A stretch of 64,000 bases of DNA from Chitinophagales bacterium (GTDB lineage: Bacteria; Bacteroidota; Bacteroidia; Chitinophagales; Saprospiraceae), in contig JBBSPZ010000005.1 of assembly GCA_038258275.1 (NCBI GenBank), positions 9,407 through 73,406 on the forward strand, written 5' to 3'. Positions 20,262 to 28,977 of this stretch are shown here, piece by piece (position 1 is the first letter of the stretch; every line of letters starts with the position of its first letter). The notes beneath the pieces were generated by a model. The model worked only from the letters and a program-made list of their open reading frames with translations, was not told the DNA's origin and did not search any database. Both the position numbers and the translations under genes were made by a program.

Positions 20262-20516
20262 TTACGCCATTCCGTTTACGTGGACAGCCAGTCCCGACTT
20301 CAGGTTGGAGGCCTTATTGGCGTGCCACAGGTTGCGCTTGGCCAGGCGATCGATCATGCTGAACAGCTTGGGCAACTGCTTTTCCGCCTCGGTGCGGTCC
20401 TCGAGATCCCGCAATTTGCGGATCGCGGTACGGGTGGATTTCTTGTAATACCGGTTATGAAGACGCTTTCTCTCATCCTGACGAATGCGCTTCTTAGCTG
20501 ACTTATGGTGTGCCAT
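20262..20516 (-). CDS. rpsT: 30S ribosomal protein S20
   Basis: Sequence MAHHKSAKKRIRQDERKRLHNRYYKKSTRTAI..IDRLAKRNLWHANKA. TACTTTTG promoter at 20576-20583. Confidence 0.97.
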   Translation of the reverse strand: MAHHKSAKKRIRQDERKRLHNRYYKKSTRTAIRKLRDLEDRTEAEKQLPKLFSMIDRLAKRNLWHANKASNLKSGLAVHVNGMA

Positions 20517-20599
20517 CTTTCTAAATTTTGATTCGTTGTTTCACTCCGCCAGAAGGATAGAGCTTAATCAGTCCGCAAAAGTACGACATTTCTCCTATC

Positions 20600-22882
20600 C
20601 TACCAACTGTATCCCAGGCGAAAATTAATGCTCCGCCCCGGCGCATCGGCAAAGTAGCGCTGGCGGTCCAGGTAATCGCGGTAAGCCTGGTTCAGTACGT
20701 TTTCCACTTCGAGCAGCACGGTCACCTGGTGCTTTCCCCACGTGAGGTCCTTGCTTACCCCGGCATGCAGGAGGGCGTAGCCCGGCGGGGCGGGAAGGAA
20801 GTCCTGGACCGGCACTACCCCACCCTGTCGCATCACCCACAGGGAGGTCAGGGAAAGTTGGTATTCCAAAGGCAGGGTGTAGGTGAGGTGGGTCCGCCAG
20901 TTGGTGGGCGGCATGTAGACCAGCGCCAGGTCGTCGGTGAGGTTTTGACCCCGAAGCAAGGCCAGCCGGCTGTCGATCTCCAGGGCACCCACCTGGGCGA
21001 GTACCGTTACTTTCGCGCCGAGCAGGGAGGCATCTACGCCCCGGTACTGGAAGACCGGGAAAGCCCCGCGGATCGTGAGCCGGAAATCCTCCTGGGGCTC
21101 CAGGTTGATAAAGTTTGCGATCCGCTGGGCAAACGCGCTGCCGATCACCGTGAATTGGCCGTCGCCGCTGGTGTAGTGCAGGCCCAGGGAAGCCTTCGTC
21201 GAGCGTTCCGTAGAAAGGGAGGAATCCCCTTCCTCGATACCACTCACGCCCTGGTGGAGGCCCTGGCTGTACAGTTCGTTAATTTGCGGTGCCCGCTCCC
21301 GGTAGGTCAATTCCGCTTCGGTCGTAATGCGGCTTCCCAGCTTCACGCTGGCACCCGCGCTCCCGCCCAGAGCATCGTAGTCGTGGGTATAACGCAGGAT
21401 GCGTCGGGGAAGGTCGCGGCTGATGGTGATGGCCTCGAAGTTCTGGTGGTCGTAACGCACCCCGAAGTGGTAGCGGATTGGGGCGGCATCATGGTGGTAA
21501 GTGGCGTAGCCCCCGGCCCGCAGTCCGTTGTAGTTGGGGATCAGGGGCAGGACGCCGGTGCCGGGTTGGTTGTCGTTGGTGACGGACTCCAGCTGCACCC
21601 CGGCTTCAACTTCCTGATCGGGAGATAAATCCCGGTGGTAGGCCCCTTCGATGAAATGACTCACCTGCAGCAGTTCGAGCGCCGGCCGGTTATCTTCTCC
21701 CCGTCGGACGTCAAATTCCTTGCGGTTATCGAGCTGCCCGCCGTAGCGGAGGGTATACCGAAGGTCGGGCCGGGCCTGGTACTCCAGCTCACCCTTGACG
21801 AGGTGGTGGGTCACCCGCTGGCGGGGCGAGGCGATATCGTAACTGAAGCGCCGTTCGGTATAGAAGGGCTCGTTGCGTCCGATGGCTTCCTCCAGGTCGC
21901 TGAGGTTGCCGATGTGGGAGCCCCGCAGTACCCCGATCTCGGCGTTGAAGAGGCTGTAATACAGGCGGGCCGTCAGGCGCGGATTGATAAACTTGGCCAG
22001 CTGGAGGGCCAGGTCTCCTTCCCGGTGGCCGGTGTTGGTCAGGTAATAATCGGGGGCCCGCTGGTCGCCGGCCAGCTTCAGGGTACCGCTCAGGCGGTAG
22101 GCGACGAAGGCGGAATCGGTGACCCGGGCGTTCAGCGTGCTTCCGAGTCCGTTGGACCGAAAACCGTAGGCCAGGCGGCGGTCGGTCTCGGTCCAGGGCG
22201 TAAGTGGCGCCGGCTCCACCAGTACGGTAGGCCCCAGGGTGCTGCCCCCGTACCGAAGGGCATCCACCCCCTCCACCACGCGCACGTAGGCGGCCACCCA
22301 CGAGTCGATCTCCGGAGCGTGATCGTTGCCCCACTGCTGCCCCGCCTGGGCGATCCCGTTATTCTGTATGCTCAGGCGGTTGCCGTAAAGGCCGTCGAAA
22401 ACGGGTTTAGCTGCCGCGGTACCGGTCCGTAGGCTGCTGACGCCAACGATTTGTTCGAGCACTTCTCCGATCTGTCGGTTCGACTGCCGGTCCAGCCTGC
22501 GCTCGTAGCCCACGCTCGCGCCCGACGACGTCACTGTCACGGTTTCGGTGTAGTTGTCGTGGTGATGGAGGTACACCTTGAAGGAAGTGTCCCGGGCGTA
22601 GGTAAAGCTGACTTCCTTGGGATCACATCCGATGTGGCTGAACCGCAGCGTGACCGGCCCCGGGCAGAGATCTGCGATCGAGAAGCGCCCGTCAACGTCC
22701 GCCTCCACTCCCCTGCCCGCCTGCACGAGGTAGACCGTGGCATAGGCCAGGGCTTCATTGTCGTGCTCGTCCATTATCACGCCCGTGATCGTTCCGGTGC
22801 AGTCCTGGGACGAAGCCGGGCGGGGCAAGAGCCACAGGAGCAGGGCCAGGGCACGGAGGGTGTTGCTGCCGTTCAAGTTCAC
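20600..22882 (-). CDS. TonB-dependent receptor, probable metal (Zn) uptake
   Basis: Signal peptide, CarboxypepD-like domain, HHHDN His patch and plug KPVFDGLYGNR..WGNDHAPEID. C-terminus RYFADAPGRSINFRLGYSW. Confidence 0.85.
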   Translation of the reverse strand: MNLNGSNTLRALALLLWLLPRPASSQDCTGTITGVIMDEHDNEALAYATVYLVQAGRGVEADVDGRFSIADLCPGPVTLRFSHIGCDPKEVSFTYARDTSFKVYLHHHDNYTETVTVTSSGASVGYERRLDRQSNRQIGEVLEQIVGVSSLRTGTAAAKPVFDGLYGNRLSIQNNGIAQAGQQWGNDHAPEIDSWVAAYVRVVEGVDALRYGGSTLGPTVLVEPAPLTPWTETDRRLAYGFRSNGLGSTLNARVTDSAFVAYRLSGTLKLAGDQRAPDYYLTNTGHREGDLALQLAKFINPRLTARLYYSLFNAEIGVLRGSHIGNLSDLEEAIGRNEPFYTERRFSYDIASPRQRVTHHLVKGELEYQARPDLRYTLRYGGQLDNRKEFDVRRGEDNRPALELLQVSHFIEGAYHRDLSPDQEVEAGVQLESVTNDNQPGTGVLPLIPNYNGLRAGGYATYHHDAAPIRYHFGVRYDHQNFEAITISRDLPRRILRYTHDYDALGGSAGASVKLGSRITTEAELTYRERAPQINELYSQGLHQGVSGIEEGDSSLSTERSTKASLGLHYTSGDGQFTVIGSAFAQRIANFINLEPQEDFRLTIRGAFPVFQYRGVDASLLGAKVTVLAQVGALEIDSRLALLRGQNLTDDLALVYMPPTNWRTHLTYTLPLEYQLSLTSLWVMRQGGVVPVQDFLPAPPGYALLHAGVSKDLTWGKHQVTVLLEVENVLNQAYRDYLDRQRYFADAPGRSINFRLGYSW

Positions 22883-23448
22883 TAATTGCTCACGCTAAGT
22901 GGGAAGCTGACTTCAATGTCGGTTTCTCCTCCCGCGGCGGCCGGGTCGGAGATGGTCACCCCGGTGGCGGATTTCGCCGGCTCATGCCGGAGAATGATGC
23001 GCAGGTTCCCGCTGGAAGCCCCCCGCGTCACCAGGTCGGTGACCAGTCCTACGGGTAGCCCCTTGCGGTCGGAGTCCGCATACGTAAGCGCGACGTCCAA
23101 TCCACCTTCCGGAAGGTAAAAGAGCTGGTGCTCGTCCGCCTCGTCCCCAATCTCCGCGGCAATGTCTACCGTATTTGCCGGGTCGGAGAGGTTTCTGGCT
23201 TCAATCACCCCCCCGTAAGTGGTAGTTGGCGTGAGGCTGCCGGTCACCTGGATGGTGGGGGCCTGCCCTCCGTCGCCATCGGGATCGTTGAACACCAGCA
23301 GGACTTCTCTGCCCCCGGCGGCCGGGGTGAGGCGGTAGATGAACTCGGTAATGACTTCTTCTTCGTTTTCAATCACAGGATCGTCTGCGCCGACACACGA
23401 TAAGAAGGTGCAGGCGAGGAAAGCGAAGAACGGAAATAGCTTGTACAT
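22882..23448 (-). CDS. Lipoprotein of the Bacteroidota 'type 1 periplasmic binding fold'-annotated family
   Basis: Lipobox FLS-C. Motifs NEEEVIT, DPDGDGG..P, EADEHQLFY, LRHEP.K and GETDIEV.F. Stop overlaps the receptor start. Confidence 0.8.
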   Translation of the reverse strand: MYKLFPFFAFLACTFLSCVGADDPVIENEEEVITEFIYRLTPAAGGREVLLVFNDPDGDGGQAPTIQVTGSLTPTTTYGGVIEARNLSDPANTVDIAAEIGDEADEHQLFYLPEGGLDVALTYADSDRKGLPVGLVTDLVTRGASSGNLRIILRHEPAKSATGVTISDPAAAGGETDIEVSFPLSVSN

Positions 23449-23499
23449 GTCTTTCCTGGTTTGTGGGGTAGGCCACAAAGATAATACAGGGGTTGTTAT

Positions 23500-23514
23500 T
23501 GCAATTAAATCGCA
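23500..23514. promoter_or_regulatory. Candidate Fur/Zur-family operator TGCAAT-N3-ATCGCA
   Basis: 6-3-6 inverted repeat with one mismatch. It lies between the divergent -7 elements (TATCTTTG on minus at 23476-23483; TAGCTTTA on plus at 23516-23523). Confidence 0.5.
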
Positions 23515-23527
23515 TTAGCTTTAGGCC

Positions 23528-23914
23528 GTGCAACGCAGAAATACTTCCTCCTCTACCGCCGTCTTCGACCTCCTCAAGGCAGCCGATGGCGCGCTCAGCC
23601 ACGAGATGGTTGAATCCCGGCTCAGGACATCTGTCAACCGATCCACCGTCTACCGTATTCTGAACCGCTTCGTCGAGGACGGACTCGTCCACCGCGTGGT
23701 AGCCGCCGACGGACGCCAGTACTTTGCTCCCTGTACCGATTGCGTTCCGGAACGCCACCTTCACGATCATCCCCACTTTCACTGCGTAAGCTGCGAACGA
23801 GTGGAATGCCTGCCCCAGGAATTGCACATCGAGGTGCCCGCCGGGTACCGGACCGCAGAATGCACGACTACGGTATCGGGCTACTGCAGCGACTGCAATA
23901 CGGCAAAAAAGTAA
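23528..23914 (+). CDS. Fur family transcriptional regulator (Zur-like)
   Basis: Motifs RSTVYRILNRF.E.GLVHR, His-rich HLHDHPHFHC..C, and terminal G.C..C. Confidence 0.88.
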   Translation: MQRRNTSSSTAVFDLLKAADGALSHEMVESRLRTSVNRSTVYRILNRFVEDGLVHRVVAADGRQYFAPCTDCVPERHLHDHPHFHCVSCERVECLPQELHIEVPAGYRTAECTTTVSGYCSDCNTAKK

Positions 23915-23946
23915 GGCCTCCATCGCAGCTGCGACGGAGGCCTTAC
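23911..23946. terminator. Hairpin between the convergent Fur and serine hydrolase genes
   Basis: GTAAGGCCTCC-A-TCGCA-GC-TGCGA-C-GGAGGCCTTAC. No strong U-tract. Confidence 0.5.
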
Positions 23947-23967
23947 CCGGGTGCGGAGATTATCCGA

Positions 23968-24972
23968 CTAGGACTTATGGCGGGCCAGCTTGTCCATCAC
24001 GGCACCGAGATCACGAATGATCTGCTCGCCTCCCGGATCTTCCACCAGGGCGGTCATGATGTAGTTTCTTTCCGGACCCTGCACGAGGGCACAGTCGGCG
24101 TGGTAGACGCTCCAGGAGCCGGACTTCCGGTACACCTTGGCGTCGGGGGCGATGCGGTCGAGGGTATTGACAAATTTGTGGTGCAGTTCCGGATCGACGA
24201 GGTAGCTCATCATCTTGGCACTACTCTTCTCACTGACGAGCTGGCCGTTGGCTAGCAGGTAGAAGTAGCGGCAGATCTGGTCGGTGGTCGCGGCATGGCT
24301 GATGCCCTTCATGGGATCGGGGTAGCGGCGTCCACCGGCGGCATAGCGCTTACCGACCCAAAGGCCCCCTCCGAAGTTGGGATCGTACAGCATATGCTTG
24401 GGATCGCGCATCGTCCGCTCGATGTGCTCGAAGGTCACGCGGTCGATCATGCGGGTAGTGGCGGCATTGTTGGACTTGGCGATCATGAGGCGCATGTCGG
24501 CCTTGATCTCCCTGGTTTCCTTGAGTTCCCCGCGTTCGATGGCATCGTGGGCGGCGGCAAGCACGGCGATCTTCGGCAGGCTGGCCGCGTACATCATGTT
24601 ACGGCCGTTGAGGGTTGCGAAGCGGGGGTGCTTTTCCTCGGACATATCCACCAGGCCTACGGAAAGTTTCTTCTCGCGGTAAAGCTTAGCCCAAATGGGG
24701 TTGGCCAGAATGGCCGCCTTGAGTTCAGACTCAAAGGTTTTGTCTTGAAAGTCGCGCAGGAGGAAAGCCGGAGCAACCGTTTCGGAATCTGCGGCGACGG
24801 CTGCCACGGGTGTGACTTTTTCTACGGGCTCCGTCTCCAGGTTAACGGGGACGAAAAACGCGGATGCAGTGGTAAATTCTCCGTCAACGTAGTGTGCAAT
24901 ATCGAATTCGGAGCTGCTCATGAAGAGGGCGGCAACCGCCGAGAGCAGGAAAAAAAAAGACTTCTTTAGCAT
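23968..24972 (-). CDS. Serine hydrolase, class A beta-lactamase-like family
   Basis: Signal peptide. SxxK (ASLPK), SxN (SNN) and K-S-G (KSGS) motifs. ATG 24972 preferred. Confidence 0.8.
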   Translation of the reverse strand: MLKKSFFFLLSAVAALFMSSSEFDIAHYVDGEFTTASAFFVPVNLETEPVEKVTPVAAVAADSETVAPAFLLRDFQDKTFESELKAAILANPIWAKLYREKKLSVGLVDMSEEKHPRFATLNGRNMMYAASLPKIAVLAAAHDAIERGELKETREIKADMRLMIAKSNNAATTRMIDRVTFEHIERTMRDPKHMLYDPNFGGGLWVGKRYAAGGRRYPDPMKGISHAATTDQICRYFYLLANGQLVSEKSSAKMMSYLVDPELHHKFVNTLDRIAPDAKVYRKSGSWSVYHADCALVQGPERNYIMTALVEDPGGEQIIRDLGAVMDKLARHKS

Positions 24973-25250
24973 AATAAAAGCGTACTCGTGAAGAGATGCA
25001 GGCCCTCGTAAAAAGGCCAAAGGAAAGCTAGAGTCTCGTGTTTGCTGGTAGGAAAGGTCGCAACTTCATGGCCCGGCGACGAGGGTAAACTATGTCCTCC
25101 CGTAGCCGGGATTTGACTAATGTACAATACAAAGATAGGCAAGGTTGCCTGCCGCGCAAGCGGAAATGGGCCGTTGACGCCCTTTAACAGAATCTTAACG
25201 GTTGGGGAAGCAGCGAATTGATCGGTTGAGCCAACAGTTCTACGTCTGCA

Positions 25251-26837
25251 TCAGTGCTCCGAAGTGAGGTGGAACTGGATTTCCGGGTGGTTATCCCTGG
25301 CCATCTGCAGGGTCCAAGCGCTATCGGCCAGGTACACGATCCGTCCTTCCTTGTCGATGGCAATCTGCTGGCGGCGTCGTTCCCGGAAGGCCCGCATCGC
25401 CTCCTCATCGTCACTGGTGACCCACAGCGCCTTAAACAGGCTGATGGGCTCGTAGAGCACGGTCGCGCCGTATTCGTGTTCCAGCCGGTACTGGATAACG
25501 TCAAACTGCAGGGCACCTACCGTGCCGATGATCTGGGCATTGTCGACCTCCCGGGTGAACAGCTGGGCCACCCCCTCGTCCATCAGCTGATCGATCCCCT
25601 TGGCGAGTTGCTTGGACTTCAGGGGGTCGCCGTTCATCACCCGGCGAAACTGCTCGGGACTGAAGCTGGGGATGCCCTTGAAGTGAAGCTCTTCCCCCCC
25701 GGTCAGCGTATCACCGATCTTGAAATTACCTGAATCGTACAGGCCGATCACGTCCCCGGCGTAAGCTTCGTCAATTACCTCCTTGCGATCGGCCATGAAG
25801 CTGGTAGGGTTGGCAAATTTCAGCTTGCGACCCTGGCGTACGTGCAGGTAATTGGTATTTCGCTCGAAGGTGCCCGCACAGATCCGCAAAAACGCAATAC
25901 GGTCGCGGTGACGGGGGTCCATGTTGGCGTGGATCTTAAAGACGAAGCCCGCAAACTGCGCTTCGTCGGGGGTCACCTGCCGCTCTTCCGTGGGCCTGGG
26001 CAGGGGTGCGGGTGCAATGCGCACGAAGCAATCCAGCAGTTCCTTTACCCCGAAGTTATTCACGGCGGAACCGAAAAAGACCGGGCTTACGTCTCCCCTG
26101 AGGTACACCTCCCGGTCGAATTTCGGATAAACGCCCCGGATCATTTCGATCTCTTCGCGCAGCTCGGCGGCCGCCGCTGAGCCGATCAGTTTTTCCAGCT
26201 CGGGATCGTACAGGTCCGTAAATTCGATGGTTTCCTCGGGACGGCCCTGTTTGTTGTCGGGGCGAAAGAGGACGATCCGCTCCTCGAACAGATTGTAGAC
26301 CCCCTGGAAGCGGTCGCCCATCCCGATGGGCCAGCTCAGGGGGACCGCCTTCAGCAGCAGCTTTTGCTCGACCTCGTCCAGCAGGTCGAAAGCTTCCTTG
26401 CCCGGTCGGTCCATTTTATTGATGAAGACGATCACCGGAGTTTTCCGCATGCGGCAGACTTCGACCAGCTTCTCGGTCTGTTCCTCGACGCCCTTGGCGA
26501 CGTCGATGACCACGATCACACTGTCCACCGCGGTAAGCGTACGGTAGGTGTCTTCGGCAAAATCTTTGTGGCCGGGGGTATCGAGGATGTTTATTTTTTT
26601 CTCCGCGTAGTCGAAGGCCATGACGGAAGTGGCAACGGAGATGCCGCGCTGCCGCTCGATCTCCATGAAGTCGGAGGTCGTGCTTTTCTTGATCTTGTTG
26701 CTCTTTACGGCACCTGCTTCCTGGATCGCTCCGCCAAAGAGCAGCAGCTTCTCGGTGAGGGTGGTTTTGCCGGCATCGGGGTGGGCGACGATGCCGAAGG
26801 TGCGCCGGCGCGCAATTTCTGAAGTTTGCTTGGTCAT
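25251..26837 (-). CDS. prfC: Peptide chain release factor 3
   Basis: Motifs [54 protein letters not shown] and VGALQFDV. Confidence 0.98.
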   Translation of the reverse strand: MTKQTSEIARRRTFGIVAHPDAGKTTLTEKLLLFGGAIQEAGAVKSNKIKKSTTSDFMEIERQRGISVATSVMAFDYAEKKINILDTPGHKDFAEDTYRTLTAVDSVIVVIDVAKGVEEQTEKLVEVCRMRKTPVIVFINKMDRPGKEAFDLLDEVEQKLLLKAVPLSWPIGMGDRFQGVYNLFEERIVLFRPDNKQGRPEETIEFTDLYDPELEKLIGSAAAAELREEIEMIRGVYPKFDREVYLRGDVSPVFFGSAVNNFGVKELLDCFVRIAPAPLPRPTEERQVTPDEAQFAGFVFKIHANMDPRHRDRIAFLRICAGTFERNTNYLHVRQGRKLKFANPTSFMADRKEVIDEAYAGDVIGLYDSGNFKIGDTLTGGEELHFKGIPSFSPEQFRRVMNGDPLKSKQLAKGIDQLMDEGVAQLFTREVDNAQIIGTVGALQFDVIQYRLEHEYGATVLYEPISLFKALWVTSDDEEAMRAFRERRRQQIAIDKEGRIVYLADSAWTLQMARDNHPEIQFHLTSEH

Positions 26838-26839
26838 AT

Positions 26840-26870
26840 TTGGCCACAAAGATATATCTTTGCCGGCCAA
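26840..26870. promoter_or_regulatory. Back-to-back divergent -7 promoter elements forming a palindrome
   Basis: CAAAGATATATCTTTG (26847-26862) is a perfect 16-bp palindrome equal to TATCTTTG on each strand, flanked by TTGGCC/GGCCAA. Confidence 0.7.
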
Positions 26871-26872
26871 AC

Positions 26873-26945
26873 GCCATCCTAGCTCAGTTGGTAGAGCAAT
26901 TCATTCGTAATGAATAGGTCGTCGGTTCGAGTCCGATGGATGGCT
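26873..26945 (+). tRNA. tRNA-Thr(CGT)
   Basis: Acceptor stem GCCATCC/GGATGGC, anticodon arm ATTCA-TTCGTAA-TGAAT, T-loop GGTTCGAGTCC. Confidence 0.96.
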
Positions 26946-26976
26946 CCCCGCCAAGTTCCCGCCTCTGCGGTGAAAA

Positions 26977-27022
26977 TGAAAGAGGCGTTCTCCCGCAGGG
27001 GAGGACGCCTCTTTTCAATTTT
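26977..27022. terminator. Bidirectional terminator between tRNA-Thr and the lipoprotein gene
   Basis: TGAAAGAGGCGTTCTCCC-GCAG-GGGAGGACGCCTCTTTTCA followed by ATTTT. Confidence 0.75.
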
Positions 27023-27033
27023 CGGGTCGATCG

Positions 27034-27408
27034 CTATTGCTTTCTTCGCTTCTGCTCATCACCCGGCGTGATCCCGCCCTCTACCTGGTTGCGTGGATTC
27101 GTGGTGGAAGTGGAAAAGGCCGCCTCGTACTCGTTGTCGGTGTACCTGGGCTTCACCAGGGTATCGCGCGCTATACGGAAGGAGTCGGCCCGCTCGGCGT
27201 AGTTCGTGGTGTTGGTCGTTAGGCTTCCCTGGGCCGACTGCTCCTCGTAGGTCACTTTGCCGTCGTCGTTAGGATCGGACTCGATACGGCTGGAGGAATC
27301 TTCAATATTCGTTCCATTGTCGCTTCCGACTTCCGTATCGCTGCTGGAGCAAGCCGTTAGCAGTGACAAAATGAGCAGGGAAAAAAATAGGGGACGTAGG
27401 GTGGTCAT
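27034..27408 (-). CDS. Hypothetical low-complexity lipoprotein
   Basis: Lipobox LTA-C followed by an acidic/polar, probably disordered sequence. ATG 27408. Confidence 0.7.
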   Translation of the reverse strand: MTTLRPLFFSLLILSLLTACSSSDTEVGSDNGTNIEDSSSRIESDPNDDGKVTYEEQSAQGSLTTNTTNYAERADSFRIARDTLVKPRYTDNEYEAAFSTSTTNPRNQVEGGITPGDEQKRRKQ

Positions 27409-27430
27409 GATATGGTATTTCGGGTGGTGA

Positions 27431-28612
27431 TCAGGCATTGGTCGAATCGGAGTTCACGCTATACCGATAAATGGCGCACATACCCGAACTAGCTGCGGGG
27501 AGGCCTTCGCGGTCTACGTTATAGACCCGGGCACCCGACTCGAAGGCGCGTACCGCCGCGAGGTTGAACAGCTCCGTGGCGTTCTTATCCTCATCGGTCA
27601 TGACCTTGATGTCATTGGTTTGCGCCCGGAACTCTCCGTAGGCATACCGGGTGCGATCGAGCCAGAGGGCAGCAATGCGTCCGTTGACAGCCGCCGGAAC
27701 AATGGTTTTCAGATCGTCCCCTGCCTCCTTTTCGGCCAGGTTATCGCCGTATAATTTGAGGTCGCGGGCAGCCTGCTCGTCGAAGTAAGTGGAAATGGCA
27801 GCCCAGGCCTTTTCGTGGAGCATGGCCATCCCGGTTTCCTCGAGGTTACCGGAAACGTGGCCCGCCGTGTAGAGGTGACCGTAAGTGTTGGCGCGCTGGT
27901 AGATCGGGATGAGTTCATCCACCCCACCGAGCAACAAGGGCGCGCGGTCGTCGCAGAGGTAATCGCTTACGCCGGCATCGACGCGGTCGAAGTAGGCCTT
28001 GAGGTCCTCTACTTCGTCGCCGGTTTGCCCGCCACGTCCGAAGTAAACCTGATTTGAATTTCCCCGTCCGCCTTCGGCTCCTCCAGCGCGACCCAGGTTC
28101 CCGTCGGTGGTGTCCTGCAGCAGGGCCGCTTCCATATTGACCGGGACGATGCCCGAGGTGTCCACCTCACTAATGGTAAATTGGGTGGCGGTATACAACT
28201 TGGCACTTCCCCGGCTCAGGGCGAGGACGTGAAAGCGTTGGGTATCTCCGAGCATGGGGATAAGCGGGCGGAGGTAGAATTCCGGAGCTACGTAGACCAT
28301 CGGTTCGAAATCGACCGGGCAGCTGTAGTACTCGAAACGATCACTGCCGATGAAAAGCGCAAGGCCGTCGCTCTGGTCTTGCCAAAATTCCGTATTGCTT
28401 TCCAACTGCTGCGCTTCCGCTAAGAACGTGTGAGCCTGCTCGGACGTCAGGCCGTAGCGGAATTCAAGCTTTTCTGAAGCTTTTTTCAGCGCATTCTTTA
28501 GCCGGAGCTGGTCTTCTTTTTGATTTCCTACGCGGTAGGTGGGAATGAATATGCTAACGGCATAATCCTGGGCGGCGGCGGCGAGGGTGTCAAATTGGGT
28601 TCTGGTAATCAT
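27431..28612 (-). CDS. Bacterial archaeo-eukaryotic release factor homologue (baeRF3/baeRF7-like; Balon-related)
   Basis: N-domain VSIFIPTYR..DQLRLKNAL and GLALF, FYLRPL. Middle domain VLALS....LY and PLLLGG. L7Ae-like C-domain DLKTIVPAAVNGRIAALWL..A...GARVY. Confidence 0.82.
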   Translation of the reverse strand: MITRTQFDTLAAAAQDYAVSIFIPTYRVGNQKEDQLRLKNALKKASEKLEFRYGLTSEQAHTFLAEAQQLESNTEFWQDQSDGLALFIGSDRFEYYSCPVDFEPMVYVAPEFYLRPLIPMLGDTQRFHVLALSRGSAKLYTATQFTISEVDTSGIVPVNMEAALLQDTTDGNLGRAGGAEGGRGNSNQVYFGRGGQTGDEVEDLKAYFDRVDAGVSDYLCDDRAPLLLGGVDELIPIYQRANTYGHLYTAGHVSGNLEETGMAMLHEKAWAAISTYFDEQAARDLKLYGDNLAEKEAGDDLKTIVPAAVNGRIAALWLDRTRYAYGEFRAQTNDIKVMTDEDKNATELFNLAAVRAFESGARVYNVDREGLPAASSGMCAIYRYSVNSDSTNA

Positions 28613-28676
28613 TGGAATATCATTTATAAAGTAAGAAAAAAAAACGCCCCGCGGATTCGGGTCCTTCGTATGCCAG

Positions 28677-28901
28677 TTAAACCCTCCGCCTGCCCTTCAG
28701 GAGCAGGAAGATGAACAGGGCAACAAATACCAGCGCCAGAACGATGATCACTCCATTAGTGGCGAAATAGCTGTCTCCCGGGGGGGTATCTACGGTAGAG
28801 GAGCTGTAGGGACTGGGGTTCTCGGCCTGGGCGAGCAGTTGCGCACTGCCAAGCAGGAGAAACGCGAGGATGGGGGTAATACGCTGGGTTAGTTGGGTCA
28901 T
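28677..28901 (-). CDS. Small hypothetical single-pass membrane protein
   Basis: Signal-peptide-like N-terminus (..AQLLA-QA), polar linker, C-terminal TM helix and KGRRR tail. Confidence 0.6.
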   Translation of the reverse strand: MTQLTQRITPILAFLLLGSAQLLAQAENPSPYSSSTVDTPPGDSYFATNGVIIVLALVFVALFIFLLLKGRRRV

Positions 28902-28920
28902 AATGCTTAATTGATCATGG

Positions 28921-28957
28921 AAAGGCCGCGAACGGGTATTCCCGGACGCGGCCCTTT
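28921..28957 (-). terminator. Hairpin/terminator downstream of the DUF1328 gene
   Basis: AAAGGCCGCG..CGGG-TATT-CCCG..CGCGGCCCTTT inverted repeat. Confidence 0.5.
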
Positions 28958-28977
28958 GTATAATTTCACAAGGTTGC

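Noticed and set aside
23968-24972. Calling this a functional antibiotic-resistance beta-lactamase
   Set aside because: The motifs place it in the class A-like fold, but SNN/KSG variants are shared with many non-resistance serine hydrolases. Activity cannot be inferred from sequence alone.
25251-28612. A single prfC-baeRF operon
   Set aside because: A tRNA on the opposite strand, a bidirectional terminator and a dedicated prfC promoter lie between them. The proximity is noted, but co-transcription is unlikely.
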